Below are positions 1 through 12,756 of a stretch of 64,000 nucleotides of DNA, piece after piece (the first letter of the stretch is position 1; the number at the start of each line of letters is the position of its first letter). Origin of the DNA: Chrysomallon squamiferum (taxonomy: Eukaryota > Animalia > Mollusca); the NCBI GenBank assembly GCA_012295275.1, contig CM022679.1, positions 24,056,001 to 24,120,000 on the forward strand, given 5' to 3'. The notes beneath the pieces are model-generated. The model was not told the origin of the DNA and did no database searches. It was given only the letters and a program-made list of their open reading frames with translations. Both the position numbers and the translations under genes were made by a program.

Positions 1-626
1 CTGTTAGAAGCTCCGAGTCTTCGGGGCGCCTTATCGCGCAACCGTGTCCACGAATCTTCGCACAAATGCCAGTGTCCTGTAACGTCCAGTTCTTCGGCCA
101 ACCGTGGCTTTTCGGTTTTGCTGCTTTGCTGGTTTTCTATTGATGCCTTGTTACTTTTATCCGAACATTCCGCCTTTGGCCTTTTTGCCGCGAAATTTAT
201 GATGGCCTTTATAATTAATTGGTTTCATTGGTGACGACAATGGGCGCAAATGGTGTTACAGTGACCCCGAGGACAACGCCTCTTTTTCTGTAAGTGCAAC
301 CCCCGGCCACACTTATAACTACTTAATAGACACACCGAGTGTTATCTGGTCAGCGGGTCAGGCGCAGGAAGTGTTATAATTTTAGGGGGTGGAAGAGAAT
401 TTCAGAAGATTTTAACTTTTTTTTTGTCAAGATGAGAATTCAGAAATTTGAACCGTTTGTTGAACATGAATATGTTTAGAAAACCTATGTCTCAGATTAA
501 CTCAATTTATGTTTGATATATTGTTCAGTAGAGAGTTTTATGACTGATAATTTATGTTTTTTAGAAGTTCGCCTTAGTAATCAGGAAATACATACATAAA
601 TAAAAAAAAAAAAAAATAAAAAAAAA

Positions 627-657
<31 letters not shown>

Positions 658-3600
658 CAGTTGAAAATAATCATTAAAAAAATTAAAGCAAAAACAAATA
701 CAAAATAAACCAAAGAAAAAAAACATAAACATATAAGTGAAAGAAAACCTCTTGTACACTCCAACAATCTAACATAACCGTCTAATAAGTAATATCACCC
801 GATCACCACTTCAAATCAAAACACAAAGAACACAAAGTAAATAAATAAATAATAATAATGAACAGCCCACCACGTCAACCTATACCGTCTGTAATTATTT
901 ACGCCAAAAGGAAAATAGTGTTTGTTGTGAAAAGTTATGAAGAGAAAACCTTAACTACAATTATTAATAACAAAAACATAGTAGGTTGGTCAAAGTTTAT
1001 GTAATCGAAGGCAAAAACCATACTCCTAACTCGCTGTTTCTTAACCCAAAATAACACACAATAGTTTTAATTAAATAAATAAATTATCAATAGTAATAAT
1101 AATAACTGAAAAACAAAACAAGGACCAACAATAAAACTAGAGACCACGACATTTCCGATTACTGACATCAAAAGAGAAGAATAAACGAAAGTAAAGTATA
1201 TAGTGCAAATTTTAGACATTGCAATTACTTACGCTAAAAATAGTTCGATGCGTAGTCATCAACAAAGACAGAATCACGGCAAAAACGCGGTGTTTCGCGC
1301 AAAATTATAGCCGAAGAATTATCGGAACTAAGAATTGTGTGATTACTAACGCTAAACACCCAGTGTATTGCGTAAAGCTGTTGAGAATTAGATGACTTCT
1401 CGCTAATAACGACGGTATTTCAGCTGCGCTATCTGTTAGTCGCTAATCTCGGCTTGTGAAAGAAATAACACGGGCTACCGATCCCTTTGTTGTGTTAAAT
1501 ATTTTGATGTCTTTGTCAACATTTCGCTTCATCAAGTCCACAGTAATAAATAACTCGATTTGTTTAATGCTGTTCTACACATTATTGACTTCGTCCTTAC
1601 AGGCTTGTCAGCAGTTTATTATTTGTTATTTTCAATAACACCTTCTTGACTTCGATGGTTATTGCATATGGAGAGGGCAACATGCCAGCGTCATTAAAAC
1701 GGTCGTTAAAAAGAGGATATCTTAGCATTAAATCATTTTGTTTTCAACGGTGAAATGATTTTAATGTTTGAAAATATGTATCACGTAACACGCATAACAG
1801 AGCGGTATTGTTGAGAACGGGTATTAATGTTTTGCAGTACGTTCATCTGATATTGCTGGGAAATATATATTGACGTTTCCTCTTTTAAACTATGTGGGTT
1901 TTATCTGTTTGTTATGTACGTTATGTTATATTGTGTTATATATATATATACACATGTATTTATGTATGTATATATATGCACTTGTGTACGTTAAATATAT
2001 GTGTATGTGAACACTGTAGGGTTTACAGTATGTATTTATGTATTTGTGTACATGTTTATTTTATCTGTGTAGTGTATAATTTTTATTTATGTCGTGTGTG
2101 TGTACGTATATGTAATTGTATGAGTATATATATAAGCGTGACATAAAGCAGAAAATAAATTTAAGTAAAATAAACTGAATATTAAAAACGACAACTGAGT
2201 ATTATAAATACATGACGAATCTAAAGATGTTCGCTAAACAATTACTTAGTTTGAGAGAAAAAAAAAAACGACACACATCTTTAAACAAGACTTGAACTCT
2301 CTGCGTGTCACATGTGTTAAAATTAGCATTGTTGAAACAGCTTCGTTGTATCGAGAGAAAACCACATGCTGTTGTTTTTACAATTTAGTTGTTTTTTCCT
2401 CTCTTTCTCTTGTTAAAATGCGGTTTTCGGTGCTGTTTTTAATAACGAACATACTTGCAGGCCCTCTGGCAGCATGTGTTAAAAGAAACACAACAATATG
2501 CTACTTATTTCTGTTCAACTTAAGGTCGTGATTATGTTCAGCTAAACTTTAACACAGTCCTTGCCATGGGTGTGTTTTTGATGGAATTAGAAAAGTGGGG
2601 GAACAGAAAGGTTAATGAGAGAAAAGGTGCAAGTTCTGTATCTGGTTTACGTCTTTGAGTTAGACCCCCATTAGTAAAGCAAGGAACTTTTCAACATTAG
2701 CATCTCTTTATGTCTTTTTAATTATCATCATCGTTATAAGGTCATCATCATTATCATGTTGATTATGTTTTGAGATGTTATGTTTTACAGAGATTATTAA
2801 AGAGCTGTTCGTTTAATGATAGAGATCTGGAATATAAGAAAAAAGAGAAAAAAAAATGTTTACGGGTTTTGTTTTTTGTTGATAACACCACGCAACCAAA
2901 ACCACTGCTACTACTCATGTAACCAACAGCAATAACAACAGTAAGATTATTAACAACAATTTAAGACTTTCCTACAAACCGTTTCATACATTACCAAAAC
3001 CTTTACATTTACTACATCCACTGTCGACTTCTAACGATTCTGAAACTCGTATATAATCAAGAATTCATTTCCTTTATGCTGACTTGTGAATCACTAAGAA
3101 GACATAACATCATACATGGGCATGCGAATCGGTGGTTAGTACCCATTTGTCATATTTTCACGAGGTTTTTATATTCTGTTCATAATCATTAGTCGTGTTC
3201 TGCAATTAAAAATACGTCGTGTTTCCAACATGGCGTAGATCCTTATCGCCTTTTTTCTCAGCCTTCCTTACTGCCAAACAATTTCCTACACAAGCCATCC
3301 GTGAGATTATGATGTCATGGTTTATGATCTATTTTGGCATGGAATCATGGTCGGAGAAGGAATGGTTAAAATACGTACATATTTTCCTCTCTCTCCCTCC
3401 CTCAAGGAAATCCCGTGGTTCTACACTATAGTCAGGCAAATTGGTTTCTTTTTTCCTCGTTTTTTTTTTTTTTTTTTTTTTGTTCACATCTGGCGGGATT
3501 CATTCTCATTCTTCCCCACAGTTTGTTAAGGTAACAAAAACAGCCAGTACACGTGTTTAAAGAACTGAAATGTGTTTTCTATTGACGTTTATGTGTTTCC

Positions 3601-3724
3601 GGTTGCTTTTCTGGAACCATACCTTGTTTTGTGATAACTCTTGAAACAGCGAGATTGAGATCTGGAGTAGCGATTGGAAAGTAATTGCTCTGGCTGTAAA
3701 AAGCTGAGTGTTCTTCAAAGGGAG

Positions 3725-3756
<32 letters not shown>

Positions 3757-5831
3757 GCCTACATAAAATGAATCGTATAGACGATCATGTTAATGGCTAT
3801 TTTTTGATATATTTACGACATGACGTCATTGAAAAGCTGTTAAAGTTAATTTGAAAAGCTATTAAAACATAAACGTTGGCGGTCTTAAACATATCATGTG
3901 TCGTTTCTTGGTATGATCAATTTTATATGATGATTGACAGGTATGTTTGCTCCAGTTATCAGAATCTGCTTACTCTTATTGACAATAATTTCACAAGTAG
4001 CTTATTTTGCTACTGCAACTATATTTTTTTATACTAGTATTACTATTTCTATTACTGAAATCATTAATGCTGTTGCTGCTGCAACTACTGCAACTACTAT
4101 TACAAAAAGGACAACAGCTACTACTACCACCACCATTATTACTGCTACTATTTTTATTTTATACGATAATAGTAATAGTAATATTTCTTCCTTTATACTA
4201 TTACTACTACTACTAGTGCTACTACTATCTCTACGTCTGTTACACCCACTACTAGTACCAGAACTACCACCATTACGACAACCAGCACCACTACGACTAC
4301 TACTACTAACTAACGGAAAAGATATTTTATTTTTATTTCTGGTTAACGGAAATACTGAGAAAAAAACACATACACTTTTGCTACTGAAAACAACAAAAGT
4401 AAAAACAAATAAACTGACAGTGAATGAATGAATGGGTAAACAAATAAATGTAAATAAACTAGCAACAGATTCATGTTCAGAAAAAACGATTACGACAAAA
4501 GCTCACTGTCGATAACACGTCTAGCGAACTAATCGGAAGCACGCTGCCAAGAAAGGGAAGCAAGGACAGGACCATCTGCCAAATTAGCGCACTTACTCTC
4601 TTTACTAACTTCAACTTTGGCATCCGCTGCCAATAATCGGCCGGCTATAACGGTATATATGAAAAAAAAAAATGAAAGGTTACAGGCTGCATTCCAGGTG
4701 CAACCTAATTCAGACTCTTAATCCAGCTAAATCGATGTCGAGGGAAATCTGGCAAGAAATTCAATTTAAAGTTTCCGCTATATTTATTAGCTAACATTAT
4801 TCGGTAATTCGGGATTAAAGAACGTAGGAAAGAGTCGCCATTGATTTACCCATGAGAGTTTTAAAATTATCGACCAAATGTGGCGTCCGCTCTTCTTCAG
4901 TATTTTCATTTTTGGCAAAATATTGGCAAACTATTGCCAAATTCTGTTTTGGTTTGTCGCGCTCAATAATTTAGTTTTTCTGGGATTTTTTTATTTGTTT
5001 CTTTATTGTTGTTTTTTTTTTTTGTTGTTTTTTTTTTTGTTTCTTTTCTTCTTTATCTTCTTCTCTTTTTTTTTTTTTTTTTTTTTTTCTATTAATTTAT
5101 TCATTAATTAATTAATTTATTCATTAATTAATTAATTTATTATTAATGATATTTTTGTAAGTAAAATTTTTCACGGTTCCTTTAACATATAATACTGATA
5201 GATACAAATGTTTGTATGTACATATATGTGCATGCATATAATATTTAACGCATACTAAATAAGACATTTTTTAAAGGAATTAAATAATTTTCTATTTTTG
5301 TTATCAGGAACGTCAAGAGAATAATTTATTTATTTTATTTTATTTTTTAAAATTATTTTGAAGAAATATTTAAATAGTTGAAGATTTAGGTTTAAAGGGG
5401 TGTTTAACCATACATTTTCGATTGTTTCTTTAATTTTATTTGTCTCTGTTCACTGGGCGATGTACAGGGTTGAGTTAAGCAGCATGAACATTTAGCAGCA
5501 TAAAACGTATAATTTTAATAATATTTAAGAAATAGAAAATATCAATTCTCTGTATACAAGTACAGTTAGAAAATAGTTTTATGGATATACTGGTATGCAT
5601 TATTAATTTTTTTTTTTTTTATTTATTTTTTTTTTTTTTTTTTTCGTCATAATGAACAAGAGGAGATAAAAATCACCGTCACTGTATTTCAATCCGCGAA
5701 TGATATTAAAATAAATGACAAACTGTAGTATTTTAAGTACTAATCAAAACTGTTTAACTAAATATCTTTCATTTGAACAATAAAAAAAAAAAAATGTACG
5801 TCTAATTATAATTACTTCGTTTATGTTTCAG
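1..5831 (+). other. Probable intron of the HS3ST gene (3' part)
   Basis: Ends in a pyrimidine-rich tract and AG at 5830-5831. I saw no sequence encoding the 5'-PAPS loop (IIGVKKGGTRAL-like) or a TM anchor, so the previous exon likely lies before base 1. Confidence 0.75.
4010..4310. repeat. Cryptic degenerate trinucleotide (ACT/ATT/GCT/ACC) simple sequence
   Basis: Poly-Thr/poly-Leu translations. Similar tracts at ~14140-14235, 27380-27665 and 40460-40630. Confidence 0.8.
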
Positions 5832-6450
5832 GTCTCAGATGCCGCCAACTCTGCCAGGTCAGATGACAATAGAGAAGACTCCCAGTTACTTCGTCACGCG
5901 GGAAGTTCCTAAGCGAATTCACGACATGTCGAAAAGCATCAAGCTGTTAATCGTAGTTCGGGACCCGGTGACACGTGCCATATCGGACTACACGCAGGCG
6001 CTAAGCAAGCGTCCTAACATCAAACCATTCGAGGAGTGGGCACTGATAGACAACAGAACACGTCTGGTCAACTCCTCGTGGGGTGCTATACGGATAGGAG
6101 TTTACCCCAAACACTTGGAGCACTGGCTCAAATACTTCCCGTTGAAGCAGATGCATTTCGTCAACGGGGAAAAGCTCATTGAGGATCCCGCCCAGGAACT
6201 GGAACAAGTCCAGAGTTTCCTGGGTCTCAGACAGTTTATAACTGACAAACACTTTTACCTCAAAGAACCCAGAGGCTTCCCGTGTATCATCAGAAACGAA
6301 AGGACTGGTAGGCATCACTGTCTGGGCAAGACCAAAGGTAGGCCGCATCCTAAAGTTCATGAAGACGTGATAGCTAGACTCAGAGACTTTTACAGGCCGT
6401 TCAATTTAAAGTTTTATCACATGGTCAAAAGGAAATTCGACTGGAGATAG
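5832..6450 (+). CDS. HS3ST: Terminal coding exon of heparan sulfate glucosamine 3-O-sulfotransferase (HS3ST3/2/4/6-like, Hs3st-B class); partial gene, N-terminal exon(s) not in window
   Basis: Translation carries family motifs EKTPSYF, the 3'-PAPS-binding RDPVTRAISDY, GFPC...HCLGKTKGRPHP and RLRDFYRPFNLKFY...W, closely matching human HS3ST3B1 as I recall it. The acceptor ttcgtttatgtttcAG ends at 5831. The exon starts with one base of a split codon, then TCT CAG ATG, which fits the phase-2 intron after W-Y-R in this family. The ATG at 5839 is internal. Stop TAG at 6448-6450 is followed by TGA. Confidence 0.95.
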
Positions 6451-7592
6451 TGACGAGCACATAAAGTGATAAAAAGGATGAACCGTTATGGGTTAATTAT
6501 CAGATATTTATTTGTGATTTTAAAAATATACTTAAAAGGCATGCATTTGATATTTGAAAAAGGAAAATTCCCCTGTAAATATGTTGATTTATTTAATGAA
6601 TTTTTTTTTTTTTTTTATAAAAGTATTTAACCATAATTATTAAATGGAATGCGAAGTACTGTTTAAACATATGGCATTTTTAAAAACAGGATAGACAATG
6701 AAAATAACAGTAACACAAAAACAGTCCTGAACCAAAACGTTCAAAATCTTCATGATTTGAGCATATCAAACATACGAATTTGTTAGAAGATATTCTGATA
6801 CAGGTATTGCAGTCACGATATTAAACACTCGTATAAAACATACAAATGAATTTTTTTTTTCATAACTGGTGCATTAAATGACTAATTATACTTATTTAAA
6901 ATAATATAGTGCCTGACTGATGCGGGTATTGTACATCAAAAACAACAGACTTCCTTATTGGTTATCATTATCACTAGCTAGTCTTGTAGTTAAGAAGGAA
7001 GCTGATTGGTGCAGATGTTTTGCTTGGAGATAAAAGAAACTATCTGAATGGAAGATGGTACTGCCAATCAACGATATTCTGTCTTCGACACAGCGTCTTG
7101 CCAATCGTCTGTTTTATTATGTACAAAGGCGTATCTTGCCATATTATTTCTTAAATAATTATTTATCTACCTCGAGTTTACGCTGTTTTGTTCTGTTGAA
7201 CAAAAAAAGAACAGCATAATCTACCACAGATGCTAAATGGCTTAAGTGCTAATTTAAAGGGAATCGATCTAGTATCTCTGGCGCCAGATTACTAAAAGAA
7301 AAATTGAAATAAAAGAAATACGATCTACATCTATTTTTTTGTTTGATATTTAAAAGAGAGATAATTAAAAAAAAAAAATAATAATAATAATATTCTTAAC
7401 AATAAGATGAAATTTCTCATATCTATGAGTGTTTGGAATTTTTTGTTCAGATTAAACATTAATAAAATTTTGTCATATCTATTAAAAATTGTGGCCATTT
7501 GTTTCTTCAAAATCGGGAATTCTGTTTCTGGTGTCAGATTTAGTGACCGGTTCTCTTTTTCTTAAATATATATAATTATCCACGTTAGCTCC

Positions 7593-7653
<61 letters not shown>

Positions 7654-7830
7654 TTAGATCACTTAATATTTTAATGCACGGAATGAATGTAAAAGTATTT
7701 CACAAAATCTTTATCATACAGTTTTTAGTCTAAATTCACTAATGTGAAAGTAATGCATAGACGATGTATTTTTTATGCTTGGGTATCGTTAATATTTATT
7801 AATTTATGATTTGAATCTGGAGAAAATAAA
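6451..7830 (+). other. Probable HS3ST 3' UTR (end uncertain)
   Basis: Follows the stop codon. AATAAA hexamers occur near 7308, 7461 and 7825, and a Pumilio-type TGTAAATA at 6574-6581. The true cleavage site cannot be determined from sequence alone. Confidence 0.45.
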
Positions 7831-8667
7831 TGTCACACGACAATAGCGTTTTCAAAACGATTACTGATTATTTTTTGAAAGGTTTTATAAACATAGGTTT
7901 TGTTTGTGGTAGAATGTTATTCCAGCTAAAGAGAATTAAAATCGTTTTTCTTCCGATTAGTCATCACACAGGATGACGTTATACAAATGTAAGAATATGT
8001 AAATGAAAAACAATATTTATCTATTTTATTGTTATAGAATCTAAAACTGATACTGCTTTCAAATAAGAATGTGTAACTTTTATATATTATTAGTATAAAA
8101 TTATCAGCTTATTTTCTTCCGAATAGCAATGTTACAGCACCCAAAACTATCAAACGAATTTGGAAATCGTCTTAACTGAAAAGATTCCAATTGTTACAAT
8201 TGTTATTAACGTTTTTAGTTTTTCTTTAGTAAAACTCTTTAACACGTTAATCTCATTATAACAGTCATTCGTTTCTGTTTTGAAACAATCGAGTTATGAA
8301 AAGAAGAAAAATTATTGTTTTGATATTCCATAATATATTCTAATATTTAAAAAATGCATTGACCTAATTATGTGTATCATATCAAAAGAATGAATCTGAT
8401 TTTTTGTCTATTGTATAGAAGAAAAAAAAAATATGTATCCTTAGAATTTCCTGCTAATAGTGCTGTAGATGATGTTGATCATCTATTAATATATTGGAAA
8501 TAGCATCATTCATATCAAGTTTATTTATTTATTCTTCCATATGTTGTTTTATAAAGTTAAAACATTAAATTTTTTAACGTTTTCACCTTTTAATGAAAAA
8601 GTCGTAGGTGACAATACTCTTTCATTGTTATCATTTACTTCGGCCAAATCCCACTTTTTCAGTTAAA

Positions 8668-8716
<49 letters not shown>

Positions 8717-8944
8717 AACAACAACAGCAAACAAACAGAAAACTAACTGAATATAATTATTATTTAATATGAAATTAAAGGAATTGTTAAAACTATCTTT
8801 TTCGCTAGATCTCTGAAAACTTCTGTATGATCATGTACGACTTTTTCTTAATAAGGTGAATTTCATTCAACGATACACTCGTTAACTGAGATTTGTATTT
8901 TCTTTCTTTTGCACCCATGAGTATACACTGGTATGTAACAAAGA

Positions 8945-8995
<51 letters not shown>

Positions 8996-9349
8996 ATGAC
9001 GGAACAAGAGAGATTAAAATGACACTTGTAAATAAATGCAATATTACCATGACTGTAGTATTTTTGTAGAAATTATTTTCGACGTGTTGGAAAGTAAACC
9101 ATGCTTTTATGACTCCACTTTGCCTTACACCCGCCTGAAAGATTTCTGTAACTAAACGGTAATATTTGTTGTCATTTTCTTGAGAAAAAAAAAAGAAGAA
9201 AGATAATCAATTATTAAGACATGACTGAAAAATAACCAGATTTAAAAGTATTTGATATTTTAGATTGAAAAATTCACTTTTAAAAATATTAGGATGAAAA
9301 TGTGATTATTTAGAAAGTGTTATATTAATTAAGAATATAGACTATACAG

Positions 9350-9403
<54 letters not shown>

Positions 9404-10589
9404 AATAAAAGTATATTTAAGAAAATAGCAAACAAACACAAATAACAAAATAATAAAAAACTAAACATATATAAGTAAAATTAAACAAAATAATAAATAA
9501 AAAAAACTCTATGATTATAACAACAAAAAAAAAAATGGACTAAATAGAGAAAAACGCTGACATGACATGAAATATTACCATGTTTACAGAAATCATTCAT
9601 GTAACATCTTCTCACTTGCACTTACTACTGATAACACTGTATTACAAAAAGGAAGAAAATATATGTGCACTATTTTTCATATCATTTTCTCTTTCACTAA
9701 GATGTTCTGTAACACATGCACATGATTTCAAAACAAAAATTTAAATTAACATTTTTACAAAAAGTTTAAGAACTATTTTGAGAGTCGAATTATTATTATT
9801 TTTATTATTATTATTATTATTATAAGACAGTCTACAAATATTTACAATCACACAGATAAAATAAACGTATGTTAAAAGTTCAGGAATATTCCACAGCAAA
9901 AATAATCCCGATCTTCGGAGAACAGTTGCATGTACTAAACATCGTGATATTAAACAAAAAGTAGTCGGAAAAGAAATTCTATCCTACCTCATTTATTTCC
10001 GAAACGTAAACTGTGCCATACGGAAATTACCGAATCAAGCCGCGCGAATAATTTGATTGTGTAATGCAGTGTTTACGATTAATTATTGCCGCCAAGTTAT
10101 CAGTGATAATATCAAAATAATAATCAGAAACACAATCTAATCACACATTACGAAAACACTTAATTAACACGCGGGATGTCGACCACAAAAATGATACGCA
10201 GCACTCCAGACACAACATTAAAGAATGAAATTGTCCATCATTTTGACAATAGATTTTTAAAAACTCAATTCCGTTAATTAATATCCTGCAAAGCTAGGGT
10301 ATAAAATGTTCTGTGTGTGACGGAAGAATAACTCAAAACTCAGGAGGGGGTCTAATTATCACTTCATAATCAAGAGATATTTTAATGCTTCAAATATTAT
10401 GTTCAATTTTTGATGACTGAATTTCCTTTGTTCTGTGTTATTTACTGCACAGTTATTTTTATTTTTATTATTTTTTTTATTTTTATTTGTTAAAATAAAT
10501 AATTCTAAAACAAAATTTATGAAAGAAGATCACGAACATTAGCGATGTTTTAAAAGGAATCGAAAGATTCTGATGATTATAACCATGAT

Positions 10590-10657
<68 letters not shown>

Positions 10658-11451
10658 TTTAAAAATAATAAAATACATTTTCCATTCTAGTTTTAGAAAT
10701 CGAAGAGTTAATATATTCTATTAAAAAAGGATATAAAAGGATAAACTTTTATTGTATTTCTCATTATGTTTGTATGAGAAAAACAGACAGTCATGATATT
10801 TTCCAGTCAAACTATCATTCATTCAGATAAATCTTATACATCATAACAACAACCGATATCACAGTTATAAAACCTTTGTCTTATATATAAAACTATACCA
10901 CCTCTACTGATCTTTGATATTCGGTATAACAACCACAGCGATAATTATCGTTGATTTCCAAATCAGCGATGACCTCTGAACTTTAAATCAAGACCAAAGC
11001 CGTCTTCACAGCCTTTCAGAAAATGTCAACCTGAAGAGTTAATTTTATTTATTAAAGTGCTATAATCGATTGTTCCTTTTGCAAATTGGGGTCGTGTTGG
11101 TCATTATGTAACTGATTTAGTTCAATATTCCAGACTACTTGAATATTTTTGGATTTTGATAGCCGAACTGTAGCAAATCTATCAAGTATTTGACAGATGG
11201 TGTGGAAAAGAAACGACTAATGTGCAAATGACTGATTAGAAGTAACGGCTGCTTTGTGTAATGTGATCTTGTCATACAACTCCCTACACATTGTAAAAAT
11301 ATTTTCAGATCACATTTTTATGACGTAAGGTGTAAATGTCAAGTGATAATGTTATTAATTTTTGTTTCTTATTAAAAAAAACATCAAAAATCCGGGAGAC
11401 AAAGGAAATATGTCCTAAAAATATCTTTCTAATTACGATGGTGATATTAAC

Positions 11452-11494
<43 letters not shown>

Positions 11495-12136
11495 CATCAT
11501 CATCATCATCATCATCATCGTCATCATTATTATCATTATTATTGTTATTATTATTATTATCTTCTACATTAAATTCGACGTATCTTTCAAGAATTACCTC
11601 GAACGTTACTAGGAAAATTATTTAGATAATAATTACTTTTCAAACAAATACATTTATAACATTGTGCATGTGTTACAGAGAACATCTTAGCCGTAAATAA
11701 AAATCTACTTATGTTTCACAGTTGAAATTCCCATTGTCGGAACCTGAGGACCATTTTAATGATGACGTTGTTGAATGCAAATAAAATGTTATTTTTGAAA
11801 TTAGATGTTTGTAGTTTGTTCAGTTATTAATCTGCATTTCACAAATTAGGGAGCAGAACCGAAAAAGCATTTAAGATAAAACATTAATCATTGACGTATT
11901 TCTGGTTGTAGAAAAGAAAAAACAACAGTAATAACGGTCATGACGTTAAATTTCGGTTAAATAGCCTTCGGTTTTAATATTTAAATTTGGCGAAACAAAG
12001 TGTAATTCAGTAAGGCACCAAACAGAAATAAGTGCCATCTTTGTCTTAGTCCATTATTTTTACAAAATTGATGACAACGATAATTAACTATACAGCTAAA
12101 CAGAATACTAAATGAAAAAGCACCCATAAAATCGTC

Positions 12137-12172
<36 letters not shown>

Positions 12173-12691
12173 AGCTTCCACTACAACTCAAGCATTCTTT
12201 AATTGACGAAATCAAGCAAACGTGAAGAGTCGTGCATCCACGTGAAGGTTATCATGGAAACAATGGCGCACTCATCAATATTTCGACAGATTCCTGTTTT
12301 ACGACTTGGAGTGCCGGACTCTCGTCGACTTCTTTATTGTTTTTTCCTATGGCAAGCCTGCGGAATCAGCTGTTAAATCAACGTCTTTTAGTGTTCTTAG
12401 ACGCAGTAATGGCTGCTGCAACGTGCGCCGGCGGTCAGATCAATTTGGTAAAGTAACGTCACTTCAAGGTCTCGCCGTCAAGAGATTATAGACAGAGCGT
12501 GGTAATCGGTGGATCAAGCTGTAGAGAATATATAGAGAATTGTTCTCAGACTGAAGTGTTGCAGAGAAGATAATATACAGAAGAGAACTGTTAGACAGAG
12601 ATTATGTATATGTAAAAATATATATATATATAAAGAGAATTGTTATTTAAATATATATATATATATATAAATAGTAGAGAATGTATAGAGC

Positions 12692-12756
<65 letters not shown>

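Noticed and set aside
508-522. 15-nt match to the miR-190 body (tatgtttgatatatt)
   Set aside because: The seed is absent and there is no convincing hairpin; an AT-rich chance match.
3934-4431. 165-aa Thr/Leu-rich ORF resembling a membrane or mucin protein
   Set aside because: Translation of degenerate trinucleotide repeats, with a non-ATG start.
5839-5841. ATG as the HS3ST start codon
   Set aside because: The protein would lack the TM anchor and 5'-PAPS loop, and a splice acceptor lies just upstream.
6001-6360. 119-aa minus-strand ORF
   Set aside because: Antisense shadow of the HS3ST exon with no independent motif.
8669-8715. Long poly(A) run as a retrocopy tail for HS3ST
   Set aside because: The gene retains an intron acceptor, poly(A/T) runs are common throughout the window, and no target-site duplication is seen.
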